Of a stretch of DNA of 64,000 bases, positions 47,803 through 57,455 are shown one piece after another; position 1 is the first letter of the stretch; each line of letters begins with the position of its first letter. Under the pieces are notes generated by a model. It did not search any database. It was not told the DNA's origin and saw only the letters and a program-made list of their open reading frames with translations. The stretch lies in sequence record MW845758.1. The stretch is one strand, 5' to 3'. The position numbers were made by a program, and so were the translations under genes.

Positions 47803-49842
47803 TCACTCCCGACGGGTCACTTTGATGGTGGTATTGAACTGGGTCAGCAACACACCGCCGGCACAATTCAGGTCCAGCGTGATTGAATACCCGTTCGCGA
47901 TGTCTTCCGCTGTGAAGTAGGCATTTGGTGTGACATCAGCGATGCCATCCAATTTACCTGCCAGACGCTGGATGATGTTGTTCTCCACATCCTTGGCGAC
48001 TTCGTCACGCGTCATACGGTCTTCACCGGTGGTGTCCGCCCAGACCCGGTCAGAGACACGGTAGACGTACGTCATGATGAAGTTGAACAGCGCGTTGTTC
48101 AGGACAGAGCGGTCTTCGCTGTAGATAGACTGAATCGCCGGAATGAACAGACGATAGTAGTCGTAGCTACGCGCGGTGATGAGGTTCGTTTCCCAGTCGG
48201 AAGCGTACACTTCATTACCTTTCCACGGCTGTGACAGACCAGCGAGGTCTTCGATGATTGTCAGTGAACCGCGGTTGAAACGATTGGCTGGTTTACAGGT
48301 ACCTTCACCTGCACCCATGTACTTCGAGAAGAAGCTCGCGATGCTGTACAACATCGGCACGCGCTTTTTCCAGCTCGAGTTACGGATGACAGCCGACTGT
48401 CCCGCAATCAGACCACGGGCCGCAGGGGTGCCGTAGAAATCCGATTCCGGAATAGAGGTGATCATTTCGTTGATGGCGATTTTAGCCGCTTCTTCAGTCT
48501 GGTCATCGTTCTCACCTTCGCTGTAGACAAAAGTCGACAGGGCCAGATAAGTGTTACGAGAACCGGCGATGAAGTTACACAGCGACTGTTTGGTTTCCAT
48601 GGTGAAGCCGGAATCCCAGAAACAGCCCAGCGAGTATTTCAACTCGTTGTCATAACGCACTTTGCCGCCGTCCGGGAACAGCTGCATTTCACGGCTAACG
48701 AGTTCGTCGTAGGCCGCATCACCCATGGTACCGTCAGCACCGCCGGCGAGATAATGGATGTTGTTCGAACCCAGAATCGCTTTACCGGTTTCAGTCGCAG
48801 AGTTAACCTGCAAGCCGTCGTACAGACCGCCATTCAGATCGTAGCCTGCGAAGACATCGATAAGCCATTTCACGGTTGGACCACCCACCACTTTGGCAGC
48901 AGCCAAGTCCAGAATGTCTTCCAGATTGTCGCGGTAGATGTAGAACTGCTCGAACGGGCCGTAGTCTGGCAGGTTACCGTAATCCGGTAACGTGTTACGC
49001 CAAGCATCTGGAACCACGTTGTCGAAGTCCAAGTCCACCTTCATCGCTTGATAATATGCATCAGGCTTCAGGCTGAACTTAATGCTGGTCAGGCCGCCGA
49101 TAGTCTTCCAGATAACTGGAGACGTCACCCCTTTCAGGGTCTCGAAGAACTGCAAGCTGAACACGCGCGCACCCACGTCTTCCTGATACTTCGCCGACAG
49201 TGCCGGAGAAGAAGCAGCATTCAGTGGAACGATCTTATAGCCGAAGCCATTTGCATCGTTACCCGCGTATGGGGCTTTAATGTCCCACATCGGATAGAGC
49301 TTAGACTTCACACCGCCGGTGCCCGTACGGGTGCCGTCAGTGATAATGCCTGCGCCGAACAGACCAGTCTGTTCGTTGATCTCGATGACACGGTACACGA
49401 TGTCCAAGCCGGCGATTTGAGATTCAACCTTTGGCTTGCCATCAGAACCGTATTCGATTTTACCGTTCACACGCACGTATTTGGGAACTTCCGTTTCCAG
49501 TACGTCCGCCACCAAACGGTGGGTCGCGGTGGCCGCATCATCCGGCACCAGGCGCTGCATCATCATCTCGTTAGCGTTCGTGTTGAACATCGCCATAAAT
49601 GGCGTATTGAACGTCACGTAGTCACTGCGGAGGTCGAACAGATTACGGCCGAACATTGACAATGCATTATCCCCGAGTAACGGGAACGCCTCGTTGTCCA
49701 CCCCGCGCTGGGCGAAGGTAAAGATCAGCGGCTTATGAATCGGATCGCCAGTGGCGGTCCGCACAAGCTCTGGGACAGAGTTATCCTGCCACCCCTGCTT
49801 GTTATTCAATGGCGCGCCGTTTCGTGGAATAAAAATACTCAT
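47803..49842 (-). CDS. Contractile tail sheath protein (phiKZ gp29-like)
   Basis: About 680 aa; sheath motifs LAGGADG, FWDSGF and ESDFYGTPAARG; ATG at 49842 after GGAG. Confidence 0.85.
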   Translation of the reverse strand: MSIFIPRNGAPLNNKQGWQDNSVPELVRTATGDPIHKPLIFTFAQRGVDNEAFPLLGDNALSMFGRNLFDLRSDYVTFNTPFMAMFNTNANEMMMQRLVPDDAATATHRLVADVLETEVPKYVRVNGKIEYGSDGKPKVESQIAGLDIVYRVIEINEQTGLFGAGIITDGTRTGTGGVKSKLYPMWDIKAPYAGNDANGFGYKIVPLNAASSPALSAKYQEDVGARVFSLQFFETLKGVTSPVIWKTIGGLTSIKFSLKPDAYYQAMKVDLDFDNVVPDAWRNTLPDYGNLPDYGPFEQFYIYRDNLEDILDLAAAKVVGGPTVKWLIDVFAGYDLNGGLYDGLQVNSATETGKAILGSNNIHYLAGGADGTMGDAAYDELVSREMQLFPDGGKVRYDNELKYSLGCFWDSGFTMETKQSLCNFIAGSRNTYLALSTFVYSEGENDDQTEEAAKIAINEMITSIPESDFYGTPAARGLIAGQSAVIRNSSWKKRVPMLYSIASFFSKYMGAGEGTCKPANRFNRGSLTIIEDLAGLSQPWKGNEVYASDWETNLITARSYDYYRLFIPAIQSIYSEDRSVLNNALFNFIMTYVYRVSDRVWADTTGEDRMTRDEVAKDVENNIIQRLAGKLDGIADVTPNAYFTAEDIANGYSITLDLNCAGGVLLTQFNTTIKVTRRE

Positions 49843-49883
49843 GGACGCTTCTCCATACATTCGTCTTTTAAAGACCAGATGGT

Positions 49884-49892
49884 CATACTAAG
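49884..49892 (-). promoter_or_regulatory. Putative late promoter CTTAGTATG
   Basis: Upstream of the sheath-tube operon; same 9-mer as at 8470-8478. Confidence 0.55.
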
Positions 49893-49902
49893 GTAATCAC
49901 CC

Positions 49903-50808
49903 ATGGCGCTCGAAAACGCATACACAGGCAATGTCTTTCGCAGCTTTGACCTGATTTCTATCAAAGCCCAGTTAGAACTGGCACGTAAACTTAATCAAAC
50001 AGTTGCGCAGTCGGAAGAAGTCCACTATGTGGTCGAGACCGCCGATGTGACACCTTTTCCTCTCCCGATTGTTATCGAGAATGACGTGTATGTTGATGCA
50101 CGTACATTTACCACGCTGGATAAAACTGGCGCGCTAAAAATTCGTAACCCGATCGAGCACGCATTGCGACTCGACCAGGCCCGTTGGGAATTGGTGTGGA
50201 AACGGAACAATGGTAAGTTGGGTGCGCTGATGGCGCAATTACCCTACCACCATGAGGTTTTCAGTAAATGGGTGAGTGATACGATCTCGCACGCATTTTC
50301 ACTCGCTCCATATCAAAGCGGGCAAGTACAGGCTTTGGCTGCTTTGTTCTCGGTAGGACAGTTCTACAACAACTTCTCAGACGATGCGCAAATGTTCCGT
50401 TTGCAGCAAGTTTTGAGTCGTGACCTCGGTATTCCGTTCAACATCTTTGAGACGGTGACCGGGAATACCGAGCACCTGTTCCCGCGTGACATCACTGAGT
50501 TTGTGGAAACGCTGAAAGAAGCGGACATCACTCCGCGCCTGAAAGACTTCTCGACCCTGACGTTAGTGCAGGCGTTGAGCACCAGTTTCTTCGGGGTCAG
50601 CTACGACCGTCAGTTGGTCACCAGTGCGATTGAATATCCGCCGTCACTGCTTGTGATGATCAAAGCCTGTCTGAACGAAAACATGTATAACCGTTCGCGG
50701 TTAGGTGGTGTGGTGAAGAAAACGTCGGTCGCTAAGAAGAAAGACAAATTCCTCTTCACCTACAACACCATCCTGAACCAGAACAGTAAACCGACTAACA
50801 TACAGTAA
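49903..50808 (+). CDS. Virion structural protein (phiKZ gp28-like position)
   Basis: 301 aa, divergent from the sheath gene; recalled synteny. Confidence 0.65.
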   Translation: MALENAYTGNVFRSFDLISIKAQLELARKLNQTVAQSEEVHYVVETADVTPFPLPIVIENDVYVDARTFTTLDKTGALKIRNPIEHALRLDQARWELVWKRNNGKLGALMAQLPYHHEVFSKWVSDTISHAFSLAPYQSGQVQALAALFSVGQFYNNFSDDAQMFRLQQVLSRDLGIPFNIFETVTGNTEHLFPRDITEFVETLKEADITPRLKDFSTLTLVQALSTSFFGVSYDRQLVTSAIEYPPSLLVMIKACLNENMYNRSRLGGVVKKTSVAKKKDKFLFTYNTILNQNSKPTNIQ

Positions 50809-50818
50809 GAGGCACGTC

Positions 50819-53338
50819 ATGGAGAAATGGCTCACCGCTCACGCCGCGAAGAACGCGTGGCAGCGCCCTTATCTCGATGGACAACTGAATGTCAGGCCCG
50901 CTCGTTTGACGGAAGTCACGGGCGGGATTGGTTTTGTGCGCGAAGCCGGGGGAATTACCCCGATGCCAGAAGCCGGTACGTGGTGGCATGTTTTCCACAT
51001 TGGGAAACTCCACTCGAGCTACGGTAACTTGGCGATTGGTGCGGGGATGTGGAAACGCGTCTCCACTTGCATCAATGCTTTCAGCGCCTTCATTCTGTTG
51101 TACAACGAAGCGGGTGTCACGATTCCTGCGCACAACGCGTTTTTCTACCGCCGTCCCAACGGTGCGGTGTTGCTGGCCATTCCCCAGTCAGACCGTTACA
51201 AATGGTTGGAGACCGATGCGCTGTATGTGCGTTTTTATCCGGGTTACGACGGTGGCGATAACGCCCCTATCATTAACCCAACCTCGATTGAAGTCTTTAC
51301 CATCTCCACATTGCAAATGCGCCAGAAGGCGTTTGACCGGTATGCGCAGTTAAAGGCGGGTGCCAAAGGTTACGTGACCCTGTGGGTTAACGGCAAGTGT
51401 GTGGATAATCCGGTACTGGCCGATGTCACGCTGTGGGACGACTTTGAGATTCGCGTTGACGGTCGTGTGAAACGTGTGGTGGATTTCCGTTGTGGGGATC
51501 TCTCCAGTTTCGTTTCAGCGCTTGACCAGAAACGTAAGTATCTGCTGCACCTGCCAAAACAGTCAGGGACGTGGTCGTTTAACAACGACGTTGAGTTGCA
51601 TGTGCTCTACGGTCGTGAGGTGCGTTACTACCACCGTCATCGTCAGCAAGCAGTACGTAACCTGTCGTGGAATGACATGTCGATTCCCACTGAGCGTATC
51701 TCGCAGTTGCGTAACTCGTATTCCGCGGCTGTTGGTGATATCGACGACATGGTTATCCGGGTGTTGATTCGTGATGACTTCTTGGACATGGCTCCGTTGT
51801 TTAACACTGACCACGTTCATGAACTCTACAAAATGTCCGATGCACAAATCATCGCGGCATTGGTTGGAGCCGATGCAACGCTCGCTGCGTGGCAGGCTTC
51901 TAATCTGGAACAGTCATACGCGAACCGTCTGGCCGCTGCGAAGCCGCAAAGCATTACCCGCGACTTCTGTACCAAAGCGTACGGATATAACGCTGTGGCG
52001 CGTTACAGCGCGGATACGCCCCAACGTCTCACCATGGACGAACGTGGCTGGGGCTGTCGACTGCCTGCGTTACTGGCGGCTGAGTGCACAGTGTACGAAT
52101 ACGACGGCAATGGCATGTTGCTCGGTTACCAACCCCATTCGGGTGGTGAGCCGGTCTATTACGCTAAGAACCCGAAAGCACGTATCGTTGAAGCGATTGT
52201 AGGTACCGCGGGTACGTCAGTGAACATCACTGATAACGCCCCGGACTTTGAAATCGCCGATGGTGATAACGTGGGTCTGTGGATTCGCACACTGAAAAAC
52301 GAAGTGCCGACTGACACCTATGCGCAAGCGGTAGAAGGTACCGACTACGTTCGTAACGGGAACCTGATTACGTGGAAGGTGGACCGGACGCGTCGTCACC
52401 CAACGGTGATTCACGATAACCAGCATCTGTTCTTCGAAGTGGATGTGGAGTTGGATGAAGGGGAAATCCTGATTCCGATTCTGGCGACCAACCAAGAAGG
52501 CGACCAACGTACGCTGTGGATTCCAATGGAAACCGTAGAGAGTTGGATGAACGGACACCCACTGGTGCATTCGATTGATTACCAGACGGTGTGGCCGAAC
52601 GTGATGGTTGTGTGTAAGGCGTGGTCATCAGACACAACCACCAACCGTATCGCAATTCGCTGTCGTGGCGTGACGGGTCTGTTGAAGATTCCGAAGTGTG
52701 GCTTTGTGGCTTCGGGGCTGTTCTCCAACAACTCGCAGTTCGATGTGCGTGACGATAAAGTCATTCGTGTGGTTGCAGGTGGCGGGTTACTGCTGCGTGA
52801 TGAAGTGGTGTTCCGTGAGGACTCAACCATCGGTACGGACATCGTGCCTGACGGTTTCCCGTTCTCTGTGGATGACCCAACGATTCCGCTGCGCGACACC
52901 GTTGAAGGTAACACCTACGAACTGCGTGACGCTTCCCGTGCGTTGGATAAGTCGATTGAAGATTACCTCACGGTAAAACTGCCGACTCCACCGCCAGCAC
53001 CGGTTGTGGCTATCGAGCATTACTACCACTTGTTCTCACCGCTGCTCAATAAGCTACTGTGGGATAAAAAGTCTGGTGCGCTGACGCTCGTCGAAGATGA
53101 CCCGAACTATCGTATCTCAACGCAACAGCTGGATGAGATTATGCAGCGGTATTCGTACCTGCTGAAATTCGACCCGGCGTATATCGGCTACGATGAGATC
53201 TTTGTGAAAGTGCATCCGCACGTCCAGTATTCCGTGATGGAAGTGGACGAGTTAATGTTTGCGTTCGCTGACCGTGTGAACCAACGTTACCTGCGTGGTA
53301 AGGTGCAGCTTAACCAGTATTTGAAAATCAAGGGCTAA
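50819..53338 (+). CDS. Virion structural protein (phiKZ gp27-like position)
   Basis: 839-aa ORF with GAGG RBS; recalled synteny. Confidence 0.65.
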   Translation: MEKWLTAHAAKNAWQRPYLDGQLNVRPARLTEVTGGIGFVREAGGITPMPEAGTWWHVFHIGKLHSSYGNLAIGAGMWKRVSTCINAFSAFILLYNEAGVTIPAHNAFFYRRPNGAVLLAIPQSDRYKWLETDALYVRFYPGYDGGDNAPIINPTSIEVFTISTLQMRQKAFDRYAQLKAGAKGYVTLWVNGKCVDNPVLADVTLWDDFEIRVDGRVKRVVDFRCGDLSSFVSALDQKRKYLLHLPKQSGTWSFNNDVELHVLYGREVRYYHRHRQQAVRNLSWNDMSIPTERISQLRNSYSAAVGDIDDMVIRVLIRDDFLDMAPLFNTDHVHELYKMSDAQIIAALVGADATLAAWQASNLEQSYANRLAAAKPQSITRDFCTKAYGYNAVARYSADTPQRLTMDERGWGCRLPALLAAECTVYEYDGNGMLLGYQPHSGGEPVYYAKNPKARIVEAIVGTAGTSVNITDNAPDFEIADGDNVGLWIRTLKNEVPTDTYAQAVEGTDYVRNGNLITWKVDRTRRHPTVIHDNQHLFFEVDVELDEGEILIPILATNQEGDQRTLWIPMETVESWMNGHPLVHSIDYQTVWPNVMVVCKAWSSDTTTNRIAIRCRGVTGLLKIPKCGFVASGLFSNNSQFDVRDDKVIRVVAGGGLLLRDEVVFREDSTIGTDIVPDGFPFSVDDPTIPLRDTVEGNTYELRDASRALDKSIEDYLTVKLPTPPPAPVVAIEHYYHLFSPLLNKLLWDKKSGALTLVEDDPNYRISTQQLDEIMQRYSYLLKFDPAYIGYDEIFVKVHPHVQYSVMEVDELMFAFADRVNQRYLRGKVQLNQYLKIKG

Positions 53339-53341
53339 TCC

Positions 53342-54985
53342 ATGGCATTATCAACTGAACTTATCGACAAGGATCGTGGCTGGCGAGCGTGGGGTATTGA
53401 TGACCTCTACAACGAAACCACGGGCACCGGATTTGTGCCCAATCCCAACGACTGGATTTACTACCCGAGCACGAATATCGTCTACAAAGTTCTGACGGTG
53501 AACTACTCGGCCCAGACGTGGACGAAAGAACCGCTGAACGGGATTCCGTTGGTAGGCGATGACAGTCCGCTGGGTGGTCACTATCCACTGCGTTCGGACA
53601 AATACCGTGTCTACGTTGACAGCACCAAAAACCCGGCAACGATGTCGTTTGACAACAACGTGACGTGGAACGGTGCGGACGTCGAAGGGGTGCGCATTTT
53701 CCGCGGTAACGATATCACTGATGCCGGTGAAATCCTCTCGGGCTATTACAAAGACGGGAAGCTGCAGAAAACATATTTGCCAATGGCAAGCATCTCCAAC
53801 GCCGGTCAACCGACTGTGGTGAAGCAAGCGCTGCAAGGTGCCTGTTTAGCCGCAGTGGATCACGGTGAGATGATTTCGTTTGTGGTCTACGACGATGTGG
53901 GTAACGGGATTGCCATGGGGATCGGTTATGTTATCAAAACCAATCTCGTGATGGCACTGGAAACCCCAGCACGCACCGTGTTGAATCTGAAACTGGTGAG
54001 TCCGTTTATCTCCGGTGACGATTCCAACGTGTTGACCCTGCCGATTAACATCCCGCTGGAGTCTATCCCGCTGTGGTGTGAAGTGCAGTACAGTGACGGC
54101 AAGAAAACCTTGGCGGTTGACGGTACCCGTGTGAAACTCAACGGGCTGCGTAACTCCGGTTCTCACGACACGTACTACATCTCATCGAACGCCGGTAACG
54201 AGCTGCCACTGGTGCTCAGTTATCAGTTGGCGAAAGGGGAGTCGTACATCGGTGATGATTTGATTGATGGCAAAACCATCGTCAAAGATTACACCGCGGT
54301 CACCGAAGTAGTGGATGGGGCGTACTCAATGAAACTGTTTGTCGTGGCAACGTGGTTGGATGCAACCCGCGGCTATCGCTTGCAGTTCTTGCTGTACAAC
54401 CTGACTCGCGGCACCGTGTACGACGCGACTGCGCAAATCACCTACACCACGGGCGCAAGCTTTGACCCGCTGTTGTACGGTGTGAAGCAACGTCTCAACG
54501 TGCAGTGTGATATCAGCAAAGTGAACGTGGCGTACCGTGCGTATATTCACGCGCAGTCGTTTAGCATCACGCTGATGAATCCGGGCACCGAGAAGAACAC
54601 CAACTTCCTGCTGGAGTATCTGCCAAACGGTCTGGTGTTCGGTGAGGGGATTTGGGCGGAGTTCAAATACTCCAACGTCACTTATTCAGAGCTGGACGTG
54701 ACTTGTAAGAAAACGTCACAGGCTGAATGGCTGGCGGCGCTCTACGACCCAAGCTACCCACTGTACGATCGTCGTAATGAAGACGGGCCTCTGACCCCGA
54801 CCCATTTCGAGATTCACGTGGGTGGGAATATCTACCAGTATGCCATCGAAGACTGGATGTCGAAGAAGGTGGTGAATTACAAAGTGGGCTACGATGCCTC
54901 GCTGGTGATTCGTTGGATTCGTCGCACCCCGACTGATACCTTGCAACTCGCTGCAACCCCGATGCTGGCTCACCACATCGAATAA
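53342..54985 (+). CDS. Virion structural protein (phiKZ gp26-like position)
   Basis: 547-aa beta-rich ORF directly before terminase; recalled synteny. Confidence 0.65.
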   Translation: MALSTELIDKDRGWRAWGIDDLYNETTGTGFVPNPNDWIYYPSTNIVYKVLTVNYSAQTWTKEPLNGIPLVGDDSPLGGHYPLRSDKYRVYVDSTKNPATMSFDNNVTWNGADVEGVRIFRGNDITDAGEILSGYYKDGKLQKTYLPMASISNAGQPTVVKQALQGACLAAVDHGEMISFVVYDDVGNGIAMGIGYVIKTNLVMALETPARTVLNLKLVSPFISGDDSNVLTLPINIPLESIPLWCEVQYSDGKKTLAVDGTRVKLNGLRNSGSHDTYYISSNAGNELPLVLSYQLAKGESYIGDDLIDGKTIVKDYTAVTEVVDGAYSMKLFVVATWLDATRGYRLQFLLYNLTRGTVYDATAQITYTTGASFDPLLYGVKQRLNVQCDISKVNVAYRAYIHAQSFSITLMNPGTEKNTNFLLEYLPNGLVFGEGIWAEFKYSNVTYSELDVTCKKTSQAEWLAALYDPSYPLYDRRNEDGPLTPTHFEIHVGGNIYQYAIEDWMSKKVVNYKVGYDASLVIRWIRRTPTDTLQLAATPMLAHHIE

Positions 54986-54995
54986 GAAAAACTGT

Positions 54996-55021
54996 GACCC
55001 TCGGCCGAAAGGTCGGGGGTC
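54996..55021 (+). other. GNRA-capped hairpin just upstream of the terminase RBS
   Basis: GACCCTCGGCC-GAAA-GGTCGGGGGTC with no U-tract, so more likely a stabilising or processing hairpin than a terminator. Confidence 0.5.
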
Positions 55022-55033
55022 CGGGAGGGATTT

Positions 55034-57142
55034 ATGATTTTACGTGAAAGTGATTGGGGCTTGCACCCGGGGTCGGTGATTCACGACACCACCAAAAACA
55101 GACACTTCCTGAAATTTGCCAATACGCTAATGGCGTTAGGTGTGCGTCACTACTACGTGCACTTGGCGCTGCACAATCCGTCGCTCAAAGACGTTGACCC
55201 GTTCGACCCCAACCTCACCATTATCCAGAAAGCGGATATCGTGCAGGAGTGTGCGGAGAACCCGTGGTATTACTTCCGTGAATGTTTACGCGTACCTGCT
55301 GATGGTACCACCGGGGTGCCATTTAAAATGGACCGCGGTAACTTTGCGCTGTATTGGATTTTCTTCAACAACATCGACGTCGCATTGGAGTTCCTGCGTC
55401 AGCACGGTAAGACCATCGGTGTGGCGTCACTGGAATCGTGGTTACTGAGGTTCTTGGAGAACTCCCGTACCATCCACGTAACCAAAGGGCCGGTACTGCG
55501 TGAGGAAACCATCACCACGCTAAAACGTCTACGTGATGGGTTACCGGACTTCCTCTGGCCAACGCACCCTGATGACCCAGACAACAAAGAAGCCTTTGCG
55601 TGTTTGGCCATGGGGAACAAACTGATTACCGCTATCGGTCAGAACGATGAGCAGTCTGCTAACGGTGTGGGTCGTGGACTCACTGCCGGTCGACTGTTAT
55701 CGGATGAAGGCCCGTTCACCAAAAACATCCAGCACATCCTGCCGGCTGCGTTGGGTTCGGGTACCGCAGCACGTCGTATCAACGAAGAGAACGGTGTACC
55801 GTACGGAAACGTGTTCGCCACAACGCCTGGGGACTTGGCGACCGAAGAAGGTCGTTTCATGTACCAGTTGATGACATCAGGGATTTCGTGGGATGAGCGT
55901 TATATCGATATCCCAACGCGCAAAGAACTGATTGATTTGATTCAGCTGAACTCCACGGCGAAGATTCCGCGTATCATGTTCTACGTGAAGTTCAACCACC
56001 AACAGTTGGGTACGACCGATGCCGAGCTGGCAACGATGATTGCCAACGCCACGGGTACACCTGACCAGATCCGTCGTGACTACGGGGGTCAGTGGACCAC
56101 CGGTGGTTTGAACAAACCGTATTCAGAAGAAGATGCGGCAAGGATGACCAAATCACGTCAGCGTGCCGAGTTCAAAGACATCTCTACATCAGGCTATGTC
56201 ACCGACTGGTATTACAAAGAAGATGAAATCGGTTCGAAGCTTCGGGCTCGACACATCATCGGTTTGGATACCTCGGAGGCCGTGGGTCGAGATGCCATCG
56301 CGATGTCTATCGTGAACTCAGAGACGGCAGAACTGGCCGGTAAACTCACGGTAAACGAAACAAACGTCATCGGCTTTGCCATTCACTTGGCGAATTTCAT
56401 GATAAAGTATGAGAACACAGTTTTAATTCTCGAAAGACGCAGCACCGGGTCGTCGGTCGCCGATGCAATTATCTTGCAGCTGCAATCGAAAATCCGTGAC
56501 TTGCACAGACGTCTGTATGTGCGTATTACCCAAGACTACAGTCGTAATGATGAGCTCTACAAAGAGTACCATCGTGGTCCGGGTAACTTCCCAGAGAAGT
56601 TCTGGGATAAGTTCCGTAAATACATTGGCTTCTCAACGGATCAGAATAAACGTCTTAAGCTTTACGGTGAGGTATTCACTATGGCTCTGCGTTTATCCGC
56701 ACACCTCATACGTTCCGGGGAGTTGATAGACCAGATTCTTAGCTTGGTTGAAAGAAGCGGTCGTATCGACCATCAACGTTCAGGGCACGATGACTTGGTA
56801 ATCTCTTGGTTGCTGGCTATGTGGCTGCTCATTTTCGGTAAGAATCTCAATCACTACGAGATATCCAATCACCGTTTAATGATCCGTAACAAAACCATGC
56901 TCGAAGGAGGTGATACCCAAGACGAAGAGTTGTTGGTGGAAGAAGAACAAAAACAACAACAGCTGATGGGTGAAATTGAAGCGGTCATTCGGGATATGCA
57001 GGGGGTTACATGTCCAGTGAAGACCATGCGCCTCAAAGGGCATCTTCAACATCTAGTCAGTCAACTCAACACTGATATGCGAAACGTCGCATCGATGGAA
57101 AGTCTAAAAGACTTGATCCAGCGGCAAAGGATGAATTCATGA
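55034..57142 (+). CDS. terL: Terminase large subunit (phiKZ gp25-like)
   Basis: Walker A LRQHGKT, Walker B LLSDEGPF, motif ATTPG, nuclease IIGLDTSEAVGRD and HDDLVISW. Confidence 0.9.
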   Translation: MILRESDWGLHPGSVIHDTTKNRHFLKFANTLMALGVRHYYVHLALHNPSLKDVDPFDPNLTIIQKADIVQECAENPWYYFRECLRVPADGTTGVPFKMDRGNFALYWIFFNNIDVALEFLRQHGKTIGVASLESWLLRFLENSRTIHVTKGPVLREETITTLKRLRDGLPDFLWPTHPDDPDNKEAFACLAMGNKLITAIGQNDEQSANGVGRGLTAGRLLSDEGPFTKNIQHILPAALGSGTAARRINEENGVPYGNVFATTPGDLATEEGRFMYQLMTSGISWDERYIDIPTRKELIDLIQLNSTAKIPRIMFYVKFNHQQLGTTDAELATMIANATGTPDQIRRDYGGQWTTGGLNKPYSEEDAARMTKSRQRAEFKDISTSGYVTDWYYKEDEIGSKLRARHIIGLDTSEAVGRDAIAMSIVNSETAELAGKLTVNETNVIGFAIHLANFMIKYENTVLILERRSTGSSVADAIILQLQSKIRDLHRRLYVRITQDYSRNDELYKEYHRGPGNFPEKFWDKFRKYIGFSTDQNKRLKLYGEVFTMALRLSAHLIRSGELIDQILSLVERSGRIDHQRSGHDDLVISWLLAMWLLIFGKNLNHYEISNHRLMIRNKTMLEGGDTQDEELLVEEEQKQQQLMGEIEAVIRDMQGVTCPVKTMRLKGHLQHLVSQLNTDMRNVASMESLKDLIQRQRMNS

Positions 57143-57393
57143 CTGTAATTTATATCGTCAGTGTGTTTTTCGTGTGGGGAATTATTTTCTCAATAGCGAC
57201 CCATACGTTACACGCTATCCGCGATTATGGTAGACGAGAACATCTCGGTGCCGTGGCTGTAGCGCGGTGCAAGGTTGTGGTTATTTCGTTTATCATCTGT
57301 GCCGGCATTGCTTCCAATTACGGCATGTCAAAAGTTTATCAGATGCATCAGGCGGCAGTAGTGGCGACAGCCCCGGTGGTTAACGTTGCCTAA
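57139..57393 (+). CDS. Small two-transmembrane-helix membrane protein
   Basis: ATGA overlap with terL; hydrophobic VIYIVSVFFVWGIIFSIA and VVVISFIICAGIA separated by a basic loop. Confidence 0.65.
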   Translation: MTVIYIVSVFFVWGIIFSIATHTLHAIRDYGRREHLGAVAVARCKVVVISFIICAGIASNYGMSKVYQMHQAAVVATAPVVNVA

Positions 57394-57405
57394 TATTGCT
57401 CCACC

Positions 57406-57455
57406 AAAAAAATAATACCCCCAACCCGTGATAGGGTGGGGGTATTTCTCTTATT
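57406..57455. terminator. Bidirectional intrinsic terminator
   Basis: AATACCCCC-A-ACCC-GTGATA-GGGT-GGGGGTATT with an A-run before and a T-rich run after, between convergent genes. Confidence 0.75.

Noticed and set aside
56340-57142. Apparent codon-usage shift (ATA, AGA) in the terminase nuclease domain suggesting mosaicism
   Set aside because: Such codons also occur in the 5' part and in the RNAP genes; it cannot be supported without a sliding-window codon analysis.
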